Assembly (NCBI GenBank): GCA_039028615.1
Contig: JBCCHT010000007.1
Span: 160,001-224,000 of the forward strand
Direction: 5' to 3'
Origin: Myxococcota bacterium
GTDB lineage: Bacteria > Myxococcota_A > Polyangia > Nannocystales > Nannocystaceae
DNA length: 64,000 nucleotides
Shown here: piece after piece, positions 20,853 through 30,783 of the stretch
Layout: each line of letters begins with the position of its first letter
Numbering within the stretch: the stretch's first letter is position 1
Notes under the pieces: model-generated
What the model saw: only the letters and a program-made list of their open reading frames with translations
Database searches by the model: none
What the model was told of the DNA's origin: nothing
Made by a program: the position numbers and the translations under genes

Positions 20853-21920
20853 ATGATCGACTCTCGGCGTCACCGTTTCGAGCCCGGCGCAGGACGGGCG
20901 CGACTGTGGTCCGCGGTCGCCCTCGGCGGCCTGGTGGGCGTGGGCTCCGGCGCCTGCCGAAACACGCCGCCGACCACCGCGGGCGGCAGCGGTAGCACCA
21001 CCGTCGGCGGCTCCACGGCCCCGAGCGCGACCGCCACGGCGAGCTCCGACGCCGATTCCTGGGGCGGAGGCATGGGCGGCACCACGACGCCGGTCGGCAG
21101 CTCGAGCGACGGGGCGTCGACGACCGACCGCGGCACGACCGGAGACCCCGCGTGCACACGCAACGTCGTGCTCATGGGCTACTGGCCGCCGACCAACGAG
21201 ATGCTCCGCCCCTGGAGCACCAACGCGACGCAGAACCCGGGCGGCTGGGTCGGCGAGAACTGGGGCGGTCACGGCTACGACGTGTACTCGTTCTTCCCCG
21301 AGTTCCCGCCCGATGGCGACCCCACCAACGACTCCATCGGTGACGACGGAGCGGTGGGCTCCCCTCGCTTCGATCTACGCGTGGACTACCAGGCCACCTC
21401 CGAGGATTTCTGGCGGATCATCGACACGCACCAGCCGGTCATCTTGATCACCACCAGCCGAGGCGGACAGATCGGCTGGGAGCTCGAGGCCATCGAGGGC
21501 GGTCACGGCCAGGGCAACCCGGGCGGACCCGCGCAGGATTGGTCTTCGGATCAACACGGCGCGGTGCAGCTGCCGACCGAGACCAGCATCGAGCCGCGAT
21601 CGTGGGATGCCATCTCGATGTACCGGCAAGGCGACACGCTGCCCAGCCAGCTCCCCCTCGACGCCATTGTCAACGCGACCGAACCGCTCGGCGTGACGTC
21701 GGTCGAGATCGATCCCAACACCAGCGGTAACTTCCTCAGCGGCTTCTTGGGGCTCCACGGTCTGTACTACCAGTCAATTGCTCCCCATGCGGTGGCCGCC
21801 GGGCACATCCACGTGGGCTTCGGACTTCCGGTGGCGGATGCCGCGGTGCTGATCGAACAGACCCTGCAGACGGTCTTGGAACAACACCCCGCTCGGTCGG
21901 TGCCCTGCTCGCCGCGATGA
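20853..21920 (+). CDS. Lipoprotein with pyroglutamyl-peptidase I (C15)-like domain
   Basis: VLMGYWPP, LRVDY, ELE, SQLP, SGNFLS, GHIHV occur in Pcp motif order; lipobox-like GSGAC plus S/T/G linker. Confidence 0.6.
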   Translation: MIDSRRHRFEPGAGRARLWSAVALGGLVGVGSGACRNTPPTTAGGSGSTTVGGSTAPSATATASSDADSWGGGMGGTTTPVGSSSDGASTTDRGTTGDPACTRNVVLMGYWPPTNEMLRPWSTNATQNPGGWVGENWGGHGYDVYSFFPEFPPDGDPTNDSIGDDGAVGSPRFDLRVDYQATSEDFWRIIDTHQPVILITTSRGGQIGWELEAIEGGHGQGNPGGPAQDWSSDQHGAVQLPTETSIEPRSWDAISMYRQGDTLPSQLPLDAIVNATEPLGVTSVEIDPNTSGNFLSGFLGLHGLYYQSIAPHAVAAGHIHVGFGLPVADAAVLIEQTLQTVLEQHPARSVPCSPR

Positions 21921-21979
21921 CGCCACGCGCTTGAGCTTTCGCCGCGCCCGTGGTCCCCTTGCCCTCGGGGGACGACTGG

Positions 21980-22978
21980 ATGAAGAGCACGAAGCTTGGG
22001 CTGTGGATATCGGCATTGGCCGCCGTCGCATGTGGGACGCAGGCCGAAGATGAACCGCCAGCGCAGACCAGCGCGGCCAGCTCGGGGCTGACCGCGGCCG
22101 GCGAAGGCACCTCGGGCACCGCTGCGGGCGAGGGCTCCGAGGTGGAGACCGGAGCCGGCGAGGGCAACACCAGCGGCGTCCCGCCGATGTCGACCACCGA
22201 CTCGGGTGACGACGAGGACAGCGGCGGCGGACCCCTATTCGACCTGGGGATCATTCCCGACACCCCCGCCGACGACAGCTGCCAGCAGGCGATCGACATC
22301 GTGTTCACGATGGACGTGTCGACCACCATGAGCAGCTTCATCCAGATCCTCTCCGACGAGATCCTCGCGGTGGATGCCGCCATCGCCGAGCTCGACATTC
22401 CCGAGGCGCCCCACTACGGCCTCGCCGTGTTCGTGGACGATGCGCTGCTCGTCAACGGGGGCGCCCCCTATGTCGACGCCACCGCGCTGCAGGCCGACTT
22501 CGACATGTGGGCCGCGTTCACGGCGAGCAACCAGCAGGTCGGGGGCGGCGGCTCCAACAGTACCTGGGAGGAAAACAGCCTCGACGCCCTGTACTTCGCG
22601 GCCGACGAGTTCCAGTGGCGACCGGCGGAGAGCACCATTCGCATGGTGATCCACGTGACGGACGACACCTTCTGGGACGGGCCCACGGTCGGCAACGGCG
22701 TGATGATCCAGCACGGCTACGGCGAGACGGTGCAGCGCCTCCAGGACCAGATGGTCCGCACCTACGCGTTTTCCGACGACATCGGCGGCTCGTGCAATTG
22801 CGACGACGTGACCCCCGGCTGGTCCTCTCCTTATATGGGCGCGCTGCCGATCCCCGAGGCGACCGACGGCAGCAACTACCCCATCGCCGAGGTGCTCGGC
22901 GGAACCGTGTCGCTCAGCGATGCGATCACCGAGGCCGTCGAAGAGAGCTTCTGCGACATCTACACCCCGCAGGGCTGA
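21980..22978 (+). CDS. VWA-domain lipoprotein
   Basis: Lipobox AAVAC; DIVFTMDVSTTM (MIDAS-like DxSxT); ENSLDAL; IHVTDD. Confidence 0.78.
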   Translation: MKSTKLGLWISALAAVACGTQAEDEPPAQTSAASSGLTAAGEGTSGTAAGEGSEVETGAGEGNTSGVPPMSTTDSGDDEDSGGGPLFDLGIIPDTPADDSCQQAIDIVFTMDVSTTMSSFIQILSDEILAVDAAIAELDIPEAPHYGLAVFVDDALLVNGGAPYVDATALQADFDMWAAFTASNQQVGGGGSNSTWEENSLDALYFAADEFQWRPAESTIRMVIHVTDDTFWDGPTVGNGVMIQHGYGETVQRLQDQMVRTYAFSDDIGGSCNCDDVTPGWSSPYMGALPIPEATDGSNYPIAEVLGGTVSLSDAITEAVEESFCDIYTPQG

Positions 22979-22997
22979 GCGACTCGGTCGTCACGCG

Positions 22998-23750
22998 TCA
23001 GCAGGGGCTGCAGGGCGGACGCAGGGGATCGTTGTGCACCTCGTCGAAGACCGTGTCCGCCACCGCTTCGAGCACGTAGGTCGACAACGTCCCGTCGCTG
23101 CCCCAGATCCCCGGCGGCCAAGCGGTGAGCGAGACTCCACCGGGCGCGGGGTCGAGATCCGCCTCCGGCAGGCCCGTGCCCACTTCGACCGACGGCGGCT
23201 CGGCGCCGGGCTCGAACACCGCGAGCGCAAGGGTGTCGCCCGAGACCGCGTAGCCATAGCACTGGCAATACCACTCGGTATTCTGGGGATCGAGCCGGCA
23301 AGGGCTGCTGGCGGGAGTATCGAGCGCGGACTGGGCACACATCGCCGTCTGCAGCACGCCCGCCTCCGCATCGACGTGCACGAGGAATGCGTCGCGCCGC
23401 GCCGTCTCGTTGATCGCCACCAGCGAGCCTCCGTCCAGCGCATACTGGACCAGCGAGTACGTGCCTGCGTCGAGCGGCACTTCACCGACGGTGTCGTCCG
23501 CCCCCTCGTCCGAGCTCGAAGAGGACGCCGTCCCGGTGCTCGAGTCCTCCGGCGAGGACGTGACGGCGCCGGTCGAGGTGGACTCCGCCGCATGCTCAGA
23601 GGACATCGCCGCCGTCTCCATGGCGCCTCCCTGCGTGGTCGAGTCGCCGCTCGCTCCCCCTTCGTCGACGGGCGTGCCGGTCGAATCACCACATCCTGCC
23701 AACGGCCACGACACTCCAATCAAGATCAATCTCCAATAAGTCAACTGCAT
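22998..23750 (-). CDS. Hypothetical lipoprotein
   Basis: Lipobox LAGC, S/T-rich linker, small Cys-containing domain. Confidence 0.65.
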   Translation of the reverse strand: MQLTYWRLILIGVSWPLAGCGDSTGTPVDEGGASGDSTTQGGAMETAAMSSEHAAESTSTGAVTSSPEDSSTGTASSSSSDEGADDTVGEVPLDAGTYSLVQYALDGGSLVAINETARRDAFLVHVDAEAGVLQTAMCAQSALDTPASSPCRLDPQNTEWYCQCYGYAVSGDTLALAVFEPGAEPPSVEVGTGLPEADLDPAPGGVSLTAWPPGIWGSDGTLSTYVLEAVADTVFDEVHNDPLRPPCSPC

Positions 23751-24022
23751 GAGATCAGGCCTACCACGAACGTCCCCGGTGCGCCCATCTCATGACGCGC
23801 GCCAGCCGGCCGTGATCCTCCCGACCCGAGCCTCTTCGTTTTCTATTTGTGCCGAATACGAATTTGGATTGCCACGTCACTCAAATATCTCGGGTGCTTC
23901 GCCCCGCGATCTCGGACGCGCGATAAAAGACGGGGCGCGACGCCACAGACAGCCGCGGTCGCCGCGCAAACGAGCCAGCCTGCCCTCCGAACCCATTTCA
24001 TGCGAGATTGAGACAGACGTCG

Positions 24023-24652
24023 ATGCCGACTGCCGATGGCCCAACCGATGTGGAGCTCCTGGTCGCCTGGCGCGAGGGAGACAGAAAAGCGGGAGACCGG
24101 CTCTTCGAGCGGCACTATCGGCACCTGACCCGGTTCTTTCAGAACAAGGTCAGCGAGCCCGCCGACCTGATCCAGCGCACCTTCCTCGCGTGCGTCGAGG
24201 CGACGGGGCGGTTCCGTGAGGACGGCAACTTTCGTTCCTACCTGCTGGGCATCGCGGTCAACGTGCTCCGCGAGCACTACCGCAAGGTCTCCGACCCACG
24301 GCGACATCACCAGCTCGGGGAGATGTCGGTCGAGAGCCTGGGCCAGTCACCGAGCGACGCGATGGTGCAGAACCACGAGGAGCGACTGCTGCTGTTCGGG
24401 TTGCGGCGCCTCCCGGCCGAGCTCCAGCTCGTGCTCGAGCTCTACTACTGGGAGAAGATGAAGATCCAGGAGCTCGCCAAGATCCTCGAGCTCCCCGAGG
24501 GCACGGTCAAAGACCGGCTCCGCCGCGGCCGCAAGAAGCTCAAGGAAGAGATGGCGATCCTCGAGGCCTCGGATCAGCCGCTCAAAGAGACGCTCACCCG
24601 GCTCGATCAGTGGGCCGAGCGCCTACGCATGGACATGCTCAAGGGGCGCTAG
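24023..24652 (+). CDS. ECF sigma-70 factor
   Basis: ADLIQRTFL, FRSYLLGIA (sigma2); LPEGTVKDRLRRGR (sigma4). Confidence 0.9.
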   Translation: MPTADGPTDVELLVAWREGDRKAGDRLFERHYRHLTRFFQNKVSEPADLIQRTFLACVEATGRFREDGNFRSYLLGIAVNVLREHYRKVSDPRRHHQLGEMSVESLGQSPSDAMVQNHEERLLLFGLRRLPAELQLVLELYYWEKMKIQELAKILELPEGTVKDRLRRGRKKLKEEMAILEASDQPLKETLTRLDQWAERLRMDMLKGR

Positions 24653-24670
24653 CCTCTGCGGCGGGAGAAC

Positions 24671-25510
24671 TCAGCGCGACGTGTCGTCGCGTTCCCACTG
24701 CTTTTGCTGCTGGCGGCTGAGCTTCCGATGCGCGCGGAGCTTGGCGTAGAGCATCACGCCCAGGTAGACGGGCGCATGCCGCCACAGGTCCGGCCTCGCG
24801 GCGATGATCCGCAGCGAGCGACCGGAGCTGGTCGTCTCGTTGTCGTACATCTCGGGGAACTTCTCGCGAAGCTCGTAGGCCCCCGCCCGCACCCGCACCA
24901 TGATGTTGGCCATGGCCTTGATGGTGGCGGGCGGACGAATGGTGAAGGAGTGGGTCTTGGCGATGCCGCGCTCGTGCGGCTCGGCCACCAGCCGGGCGAA
25001 CCCGTCGTCGGCGATGATGTCGGGGAACTTGCCGAAGCGCTCCCGCCCCTTGCGAGACAGCGCGTAAAAGCCCGCCCCGATGACCCCCTCCGAGAAGTAG
25101 GGCAGGCTGGTCCAGACCTTCACGAAGGACTTGACCAGCGGGGGGCGGTCTTCGTAGGCGATGACCGCCCGCGGAGCCGCGACCAAGATCGGCGAGTCGT
25201 CGTGCAGCAGCTCGGCCACCTCGCGCAGCGCCGCCGTCGACACCACGATGTCGGCGTCGATGTACATCCGCGGGTAGCCGGAGGCGTGCTCGTCCCCCAG
25301 GTTCAGCGCGCCGATCTTGTTGCCGACCGGCGTCTCCACGACCTTCACCGGGTCGCCGTAGGCACGGGCCTTGTCCGCCGTGTCGTCCTTGCAGCCGTTG
25401 GGCACGACGATGATCTCGAACTCGCCCGGCTCGTAGTCCTCGAGCATGGCCTCGAGGCAACGATCGATGACGGAGGACTCGTTGTAGGCAGGGATTACGA
25501 TCGAGAACAT
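24671..25510 (-). CDS. Glycosyltransferase family 2
   Basis: SIVIPAYNE, NGCKDDT, YIDAD (DxD), IADD. Confidence 0.9.
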   Translation of the reverse strand: MFSIVIPAYNESSVIDRCLEAMLEDYEPGEFEIIVVPNGCKDDTADKARAYGDPVKVVETPVGNKIGALNLGDEHASGYPRMYIDADIVVSTAALREVAELLHDDSPILVAAPRAVIAYEDRPPLVKSFVKVWTSLPYFSEGVIGAGFYALSRKGRERFGKFPDIIADDGFARLVAEPHERGIAKTHSFTIRPPATIKAMANIMVRVRAGAYELREKFPEMYDNETTSSGRSLRIIAARPDLWRHAPVYLGVMLYAKLRAHRKLSRQQQKQWERDDTSR

Positions 25511-25521
25511 CGTGCTGCTTC

Positions 25522-26736
25522 TCAGCCGCGCTCGGAGACGACGCGTCGGATTTGGTCGACGAGCTTGGAGGTCTCGGTCGGCGTGTAGTGCTGAGCCTTG
25601 ACCGCCTCACACCCCTTGCGCCCCATCTCGTTGAGCTGCTCGATCGGCGCCTTCATCATGCGCTCGATGCCCTCGCGGATGCGGTCGGCGGAGCCCGACG
25701 CGATGAGCCAGCCGTTCTCGCCGTCGACCACCAGCTCGGGGATGCCCGCGATGTAGGTGGTGAGCACGGGACGCTGGAGAGCGAACGCCTCCATGATGAC
25801 CATGGGCAGGCCCTCGGCGAAGCTCGGCAGGGCCAGGGCCCGCGCCGCGAGCAGCTCCTCGCGAACCTCTTGGCCGCTGATCCACCCGGTGATGCGCACG
25901 CGATCGCCCACGCCTCGCTTGGCGATATAGGACTCGATCTCCCCGCGCATGTCGCCGTCGCCCACGAGCACCAGCTCGGCGTCGACCCCGTTGTCGATGG
26001 CATCGGCGAAGCCCTCGACCAGCAGCAGCTGGCCCTTCTGCGCGGACAGGCGGCCCACGCAGACCAGGGACTTGCTCTTGGGATCGATGGGGCGGGCCTG
26101 CGCGAAGAACTCGTCGCCGACCGTGCAGTGCACGACCTTGATCTTGTGCCAATGGTCGTGCCCCACCCAGCGGCGCAGCTGACCTGCACAGAAGTCGGTG
26201 ATGGCGACCACGAAGGCCGAGTCGGCGATCTTGGGCCCGAGCGAGAAGCCCTTGGGGGCGTCGAGCTCGTCGGGACCGTGCACGGTGAACGAGTAGCTGG
26301 GGCCGCCCATCTCGTGCATGAGCTGGGCGACGGCGGCCGGGTTGGTGCCGAAGTGCACGTGCACGTGGTCGATGCCGCGGCGCTTCATCTCCTCGAGCAG
26401 CACCATCGCCTCGGCCACGTACACGACGTGCGTCGCCATGCCGCGCTCGCTACGGAAGCCCATCTTGAGCGCCTTGCGCATCGCCTTGGCGGCGCCGATG
26501 GGATTTTTGAGTCCCTCGCCGACCAGGGCCCGAGCCCAGCGCGCGACCGGCTGCTTGAGCACCCGGAAGGTCTTGGCGTCCTCGCGCTGATCGTCGGGAT
26601 CGACGATGTCGTAGGGCGAGTCGCGAATCGCGAATCGAGCCACTTCACCCGTCTGACGCTCGAGCTCGCAGAGCTCGCGGCGAATGAAGGTGTGGCTGAC
26701 CGAAGGATAAGCAGTGGTCAGGTACGCGACCCGCAT
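25522..26736 (-). CDS. Glycosyltransferase family 4 (WcaL-like)
   Basis: YPSVSHTFIRRE, HVHFG, VGRLSAQKG, EGLPMVIMEA (EX7E). Confidence 0.92.
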   Translation of the reverse strand: MRVAYLTTAYPSVSHTFIRRELCELERQTGEVARFAIRDSPYDIVDPDDQREDAKTFRVLKQPVARWARALVGEGLKNPIGAAKAMRKALKMGFRSERGMATHVVYVAEAMVLLEEMKRRGIDHVHVHFGTNPAAVAQLMHEMGGPSYSFTVHGPDELDAPKGFSLGPKIADSAFVVAITDFCAGQLRRWVGHDHWHKIKVVHCTVGDEFFAQARPIDPKSKSLVCVGRLSAQKGQLLLVEGFADAIDNGVDAELVLVGDGDMRGEIESYIAKRGVGDRVRITGWISGQEVREELLAARALALPSFAEGLPMVIMEAFALQRPVLTTYIAGIPELVVDGENGWLIASGSADRIREGIERMMKAPIEQLNEMGRKGCEAVKAQHYTPTETSKLVDQIRRVVSERG

Positions 26737-26986
26737 CTTCGTTCGGTTGTACCCCGGCCTTGCCCAGGGGCAAACCCGAGTTGCGACCCTGTGACCGCGT
26801 GACCACACGTCGGGCCTCCGATCGCCGTGTACTCGCTGTTTTGGGCGATCCCGCCCGCGCGTCATCGCCCGGCTCGAACATGTGAGAAAAGCGCGCATGT
26901 TCGGGATGGCCCTCGCTGGGCCTGCGGACTGCTAAGGTGCCGGGCCTGCCGTCGACCCCACCGTCCAACTGAAGGGACCGACCCAG

Positions 26987-27964
26987 ATGAACGACACCAC
27001 ATACGAAAAAGAGCTCGAGGTAGCCACCCAGGCGGTCGTCCAGGCGGCGGGAATCTGTAGCTCGATCCAGGGCAAGATCGGCGAGGGCATGCTGGAGAAG
27101 AAGGACCGCAGCCCGGTGACGGTGGCCGACTATTGCAGTCAGGCGCTGGTCTGCCGCGCGCTGTCGCAGTCGCTGCCCGACGATCCGGTCGTCGCCGAAG
27201 AGGACACCAAGGACCTGCGCACTCCCGAGCATGCCTCGGTGCTCGAGCGCATGATCACCGAGCTGTCCGCGGTGGGCGTGAGCGACACCGACGAGATCCT
27301 GCGGCTGGTCGACCTGGGCAACGCGCCCGCGACCTCCTCGCGGTTTTGGACCCTCGACCCCATCGACGGCACCAAGGGCTTCCTTCGCGGGCAGCAGTAC
27401 GCGATCGCGCTGGGCCTTTTGGTCGACGGCAAGGTGGTGCTGGGCGCGTTGGCGTGCCCGAACCTGTCCATCGGCGAAGAAAAGGGCGTGGTGCTCACCG
27501 CGGTGCGGGGCCAGGGCGCCTACGCAGCGCCCATCTCCAACCCGAGCGCGCGCACCAAGATCACGGTGAGCCCCACCGACGACCCGAGCCAGGCGCGAAC
27601 CTGCGAGTCGGTCGAGTCGGGCCACAGCGCCCACGACGTCTCCGCCCAGGTCGTGCAGCGCCTCGGCATCGCGGTCGACCCCGTGCGCCTCGACAGCCAG
27701 GCCAAGTACGCGGTGGTCGCCCAGGGCCAGGCGGAAATCTACCTGCGCCTGCCCACCCGCAAGGACTACCAGGAGAAGATCTGGGACCACGCGGCGGGCA
27801 GCATCGTGGTCGAGGAAGCGGGCGGACGCGTCACCGACGTGCTCGGCCAGCCCCTCGACTTCTCGCAGGGACGCACGCTCGCGAACAACCGCGGCGTGGT
27901 GGCCAGCAACGCGGCGGTCCATGACCGCTTCCTCCAGACTCTGCGCGATCTCGACGTAAAATGA
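26987..27964 (+). CDS. 3'(2'),5'-bisphosphate nucleotidase, HAL2/SAL1-type PAP phosphatase
   Basis: SPVTVADY, AEED, DPIDGTKGFLRG, ACPNL, ESVESGHS, DSQAKY, EKIWDHAAG. Confidence 0.92.
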   Translation: MNDTTYEKELEVATQAVVQAAGICSSIQGKIGEGMLEKKDRSPVTVADYCSQALVCRALSQSLPDDPVVAEEDTKDLRTPEHASVLERMITELSAVGVSDTDEILRLVDLGNAPATSSRFWTLDPIDGTKGFLRGQQYAIALGLLVDGKVVLGALACPNLSIGEEKGVVLTAVRGQGAYAAPISNPSARTKITVSPTDDPSQARTCESVESGHSAHDVSAQVVQRLGIAVDPVRLDSQAKYAVVAQGQAEIYLRLPTRKDYQEKIWDHAAGSIVVEEAGGRVTDVLGQPLDFSQGRTLANNRGVVASNAAVHDRFLQTLRDLDVK

Positions 27965-29730
27965 GCTGGGAGCTCGTTGCGACGTTCGGCGTCCTGGCGG
28001 CGATCATCGTAGCGTTGCTGCTGACCATGGTGGCGCCGGACATGGTCCTCCTCGGAGGACTGACGGTGCTGCTCGCGCTCGGCGTGGTGGAACCCGAGCA
28101 GGCCCTGTCCGGGTTCTCGAACGAGGGCGTGGCGACCATCGCCGCGCTGTTCGTGGTGGCCGAGGGCCTGCGCCAGACGGGCGGGCTGACCTTCATCGGC
28201 AATAGCGTCCTGGGCAAGCCCCGCACCACCGTCGGGGCCCAGCTGCGGGTCATGGCGCCCGTCTCGGCCTTCAGCGCCTTCGTCAACAACACCCCGGTGG
28301 TCGCGATGCTCATGCCGATCGTGATCGACTGGGCCCGGCGGCTGCGATTGCCGGTCGCACAGATCCTGCTGCCGCTGAGCTACGCCTCGATCCTCGGCGG
28401 GCTCATCACCGTGGTCGGCACGAGCAGCACGCTGATCGTCAACGGCATGCTCATCGACCAACCGGGGCAGCGCGGGCTCACCATGTTCGAGCTGGCCTGG
28501 GTGGGCATCCCCGCGGCGCTCGCCGGCCTGGTGTTCGTGCCCATCGCCAGCCGCTGGGTGCTGGCCGGGCGCGAGACCTCCAAGAACCCCGAGCAGCAGG
28601 CGCGCGAGTACACGACCGAGATGGTCGTGAACCCCAACAGCCCCGTCGTCGGCCAGACCATCGAGAAGGCCGGCCTGCGCAACCTCCCGGGCGTGTACCT
28701 CATGGGCGTGCTGCGCGGCTCGGATGCGCTCACCGCCGTGCCGCCCACCACCCGTATCGAGGCCAACGACCGCCTGCTCTTCGTGGGCGCCGTGGACTCG
28801 ATCATCGACCTCCAGAAGATTCCCGGCCTCGTGCCCGCGGCGGAGCAGCTGTTCCGCTTGGGCGAGCCCCGGTCGCACCGCTGCCTGGTCGAGGCCGTGG
28901 TGTCCTCGAGCTTCCGATTCCGCGGCAAGACGATCCGCGAGTCGGGCTTCCGCACCATCTACAACGCGGTGGTGGTCGCGGTGTCGCGCAACGGCGAGCG
29001 TCTCGACAATCGCATCGGTGACATTCGGCTCCTGGCCGGCGACACCCTGCTGCTCGAGACCCACCCCAGCTTCATCGATGCCCAGCGCGACTCCCACGAC
29101 TTCTACCTGGTGAGCCGGGTCGAGAACTCCGCCCCGCTCCGCCACGAGCGAGCCTGGGTCGCACGGCTGTTGCTGCTCGCCATGGTCCTGTTGGTGGTCA
29201 CCGAGACCACCAGCCTGTTCCTCGGCGCCTGCGTGGTGGGGACGGCCATGGTCGCCACCCGCTGCCTGCGGGTCTCCCAGGCCAAGCAAGCCATCGACTG
29301 GGGCGTGCTGGTGGGCATCGCGGCGGGCATCGGCATCGGCCATGCCCTGTCGGCCAGCGGCGCCGACACGCTGCTTGGCGACCAGATGCTGCGCCTCACC
29401 GGGCGCGACCCCATGCTGACGCTGGTCCTGCTCTACCTGCTGGTCCTCGTGCTCGGCAACCTCATCACCTCCAAGGCGGCGGCGGTGTTGACCTTTCCGC
29501 TGGCGGTGTCGATGTCGGCCAGCCTCGGGCTCAACCTCATGCCCTTTGCCGTCACGCTGATCGTGGCCGCCGCGTCGACCTACGCCACGCCGATGGGCTA
29601 CCCCACCAACCTCATGGTGTTCGGCCCCGGGCGCTATCGCAGCTCGGATTTCTTGCTGCTCGGCGGCCCGCTGTCGCTGATCGTGGGGGTGATCGCGCTG
29701 CTCATCATCCCCCACGTGTGGCCGCTGTAG
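27961..29730 (+). CDS. SLC13/DASS permease with TrkA-C domains (probable sulfate or dicarboxylate uptake)
   Basis: SAFVNNTPVV, GTSSTL, TPMGYPTNLMV; central soluble domains; ATGA overlap with the PAP phosphatase. Confidence 0.88.
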   Translation: MSWELVATFGVLAAIIVALLLTMVAPDMVLLGGLTVLLALGVVEPEQALSGFSNEGVATIAALFVVAEGLRQTGGLTFIGNSVLGKPRTTVGAQLRVMAPVSAFSAFVNNTPVVAMLMPIVIDWARRLRLPVAQILLPLSYASILGGLITVVGTSSTLIVNGMLIDQPGQRGLTMFELAWVGIPAALAGLVFVPIASRWVLAGRETSKNPEQQAREYTTEMVVNPNSPVVGQTIEKAGLRNLPGVYLMGVLRGSDALTAVPPTTRIEANDRLLFVGAVDSIIDLQKIPGLVPAAEQLFRLGEPRSHRCLVEAVVSSSFRFRGKTIRESGFRTIYNAVVVAVSRNGERLDNRIGDIRLLAGDTLLLETHPSFIDAQRDSHDFYLVSRVENSAPLRHERAWVARLLLLAMVLLVVTETTSLFLGACVVGTAMVATRCLRVSQAKQAIDWGVLVGIAAGIGIGHALSASGADTLLGDQMLRLTGRDPMLTLVLLYLLVLVLGNLITSKAAAVLTFPLAVSMSASLGLNLMPFAVTLIVAAASTYATPMGYPTNLMVFGPGRYRSSDFLLLGGPLSLIVGVIALLIIPHVWPL

Positions 29731-29736
29731 CGGGCT

Positions 29737-30573
29737 TCAGGTCTCTTCGCCCCCACGCAGGACCGGCTCCTCGGGGGCGAAGCGCAGCAGCTTGGGTCTG
29801 CCGCGGCGCAAGGTGGCAACGTCGGCCACGAAGTCGCCGTTGCGTTCCTTGCCTTCGCGGTGAAACTGATGGGCCGAGCGCGGCAGCAGCTCGCGGAGCT
29901 GTGGGTAGTTGTTGTCGAGCCCGGGTAGCGGCACGAGCCCGCGCGCTTCGTCTTCGAGGCCGAAGATCACCCGGTGGTCACGATGCACTTTGGACTCGAG
30001 GCGAGGCAGCCGGCCGTCGTGGGCGTCGAGCCCCGGAGCGAAGAGCTTGTCGGGGAACATCGGCTCGTACCACCACAGCAGCGGATCGGCGACGAAGGAG
30101 GCCTGCTCGTAGCAGCACAAGGCGAGGGCCCAGCCGGGAAAGAGCCGCTCGTAGTATCCGAGGAAGTACGGAGGAACCTCGGGTCGTCGGTTCGTGGGAA
30201 CTTGCTCGAGCGCCGCCGCGGCGGCGGCTCCCGAGGTCGACAGCACCACCGTGTACATCCCCTTGTCGAAGACCTGGGCCGCGGCCTGCGGCTTGGAGCG
30301 AAGACTCCGCGGCTCGTCCCGACTCCGGGTGCGCGGCCGCGTCATCCGCTCGAGGTCTTTGAGGACCGACGGACACTTCGACCCATCGATCATGTTGTCC
30401 GGGCCCATCGCTGCCGCCGAGGGGATGTGCAAGATCATGCAGTTGGGCCCCTCGGCCTGGTTCTCGGCGTGGTTCTGGTAGCCCATCACGTGGACCGGGC
30501 GACCCTCCCGATGACCGCGACCGGCATAGACGATGGTGCTACTGAAGCGGGCGGGCTCGACCGAGACACACAC
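29737..30573 (-). CDS. Hypothetical protein
   Basis: 278-aa ORF with globular composition, filling the gap between flanking genes; no family assigned. Confidence 0.65.
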   Translation of the reverse strand: MCVSVEPARFSSTIVYAGRGHREGRPVHVMGYQNHAENQAEGPNCMILHIPSAAAMGPDNMIDGSKCPSVLKDLERMTRPRTRSRDEPRSLRSKPQAAAQVFDKGMYTVVLSTSGAAAAAALEQVPTNRRPEVPPYFLGYYERLFPGWALALCCYEQASFVADPLLWWYEPMFPDKLFAPGLDAHDGRLPRLESKVHRDHRVIFGLEDEARGLVPLPGLDNNYPQLRELLPRSAHQFHREGKERNGDFVADVATLRRGRPKLLRFAPEEPVLRGGEET

Positions 30574-30783
30574 GTCCGCAGTAGACGCGATCTTGCGTTC
30601 GAAGTCGCACGAAAACGAACGCGCCCACGTGCGCAGATGTGGGCCAGACAGTCGCCCCGACGAATCCGCGTGATGTCACGTTCGCTCTGTGAAGCGCAGG
30701 TACGGCATTTCTCGGGGCTCAGTCCTCGGTTCGTCGGTCGGCCTGGGCATGGTCAATCGCTGTGCTAGCCTGCGCGCGCAGCG

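Noticed and set aside
20646..21272. N-terminal extension of the methyltransferase ORF
   Set aside because: Overlaps the opposite-strand lipoprotein; a TATGCT hexamer supports the start at 20645.
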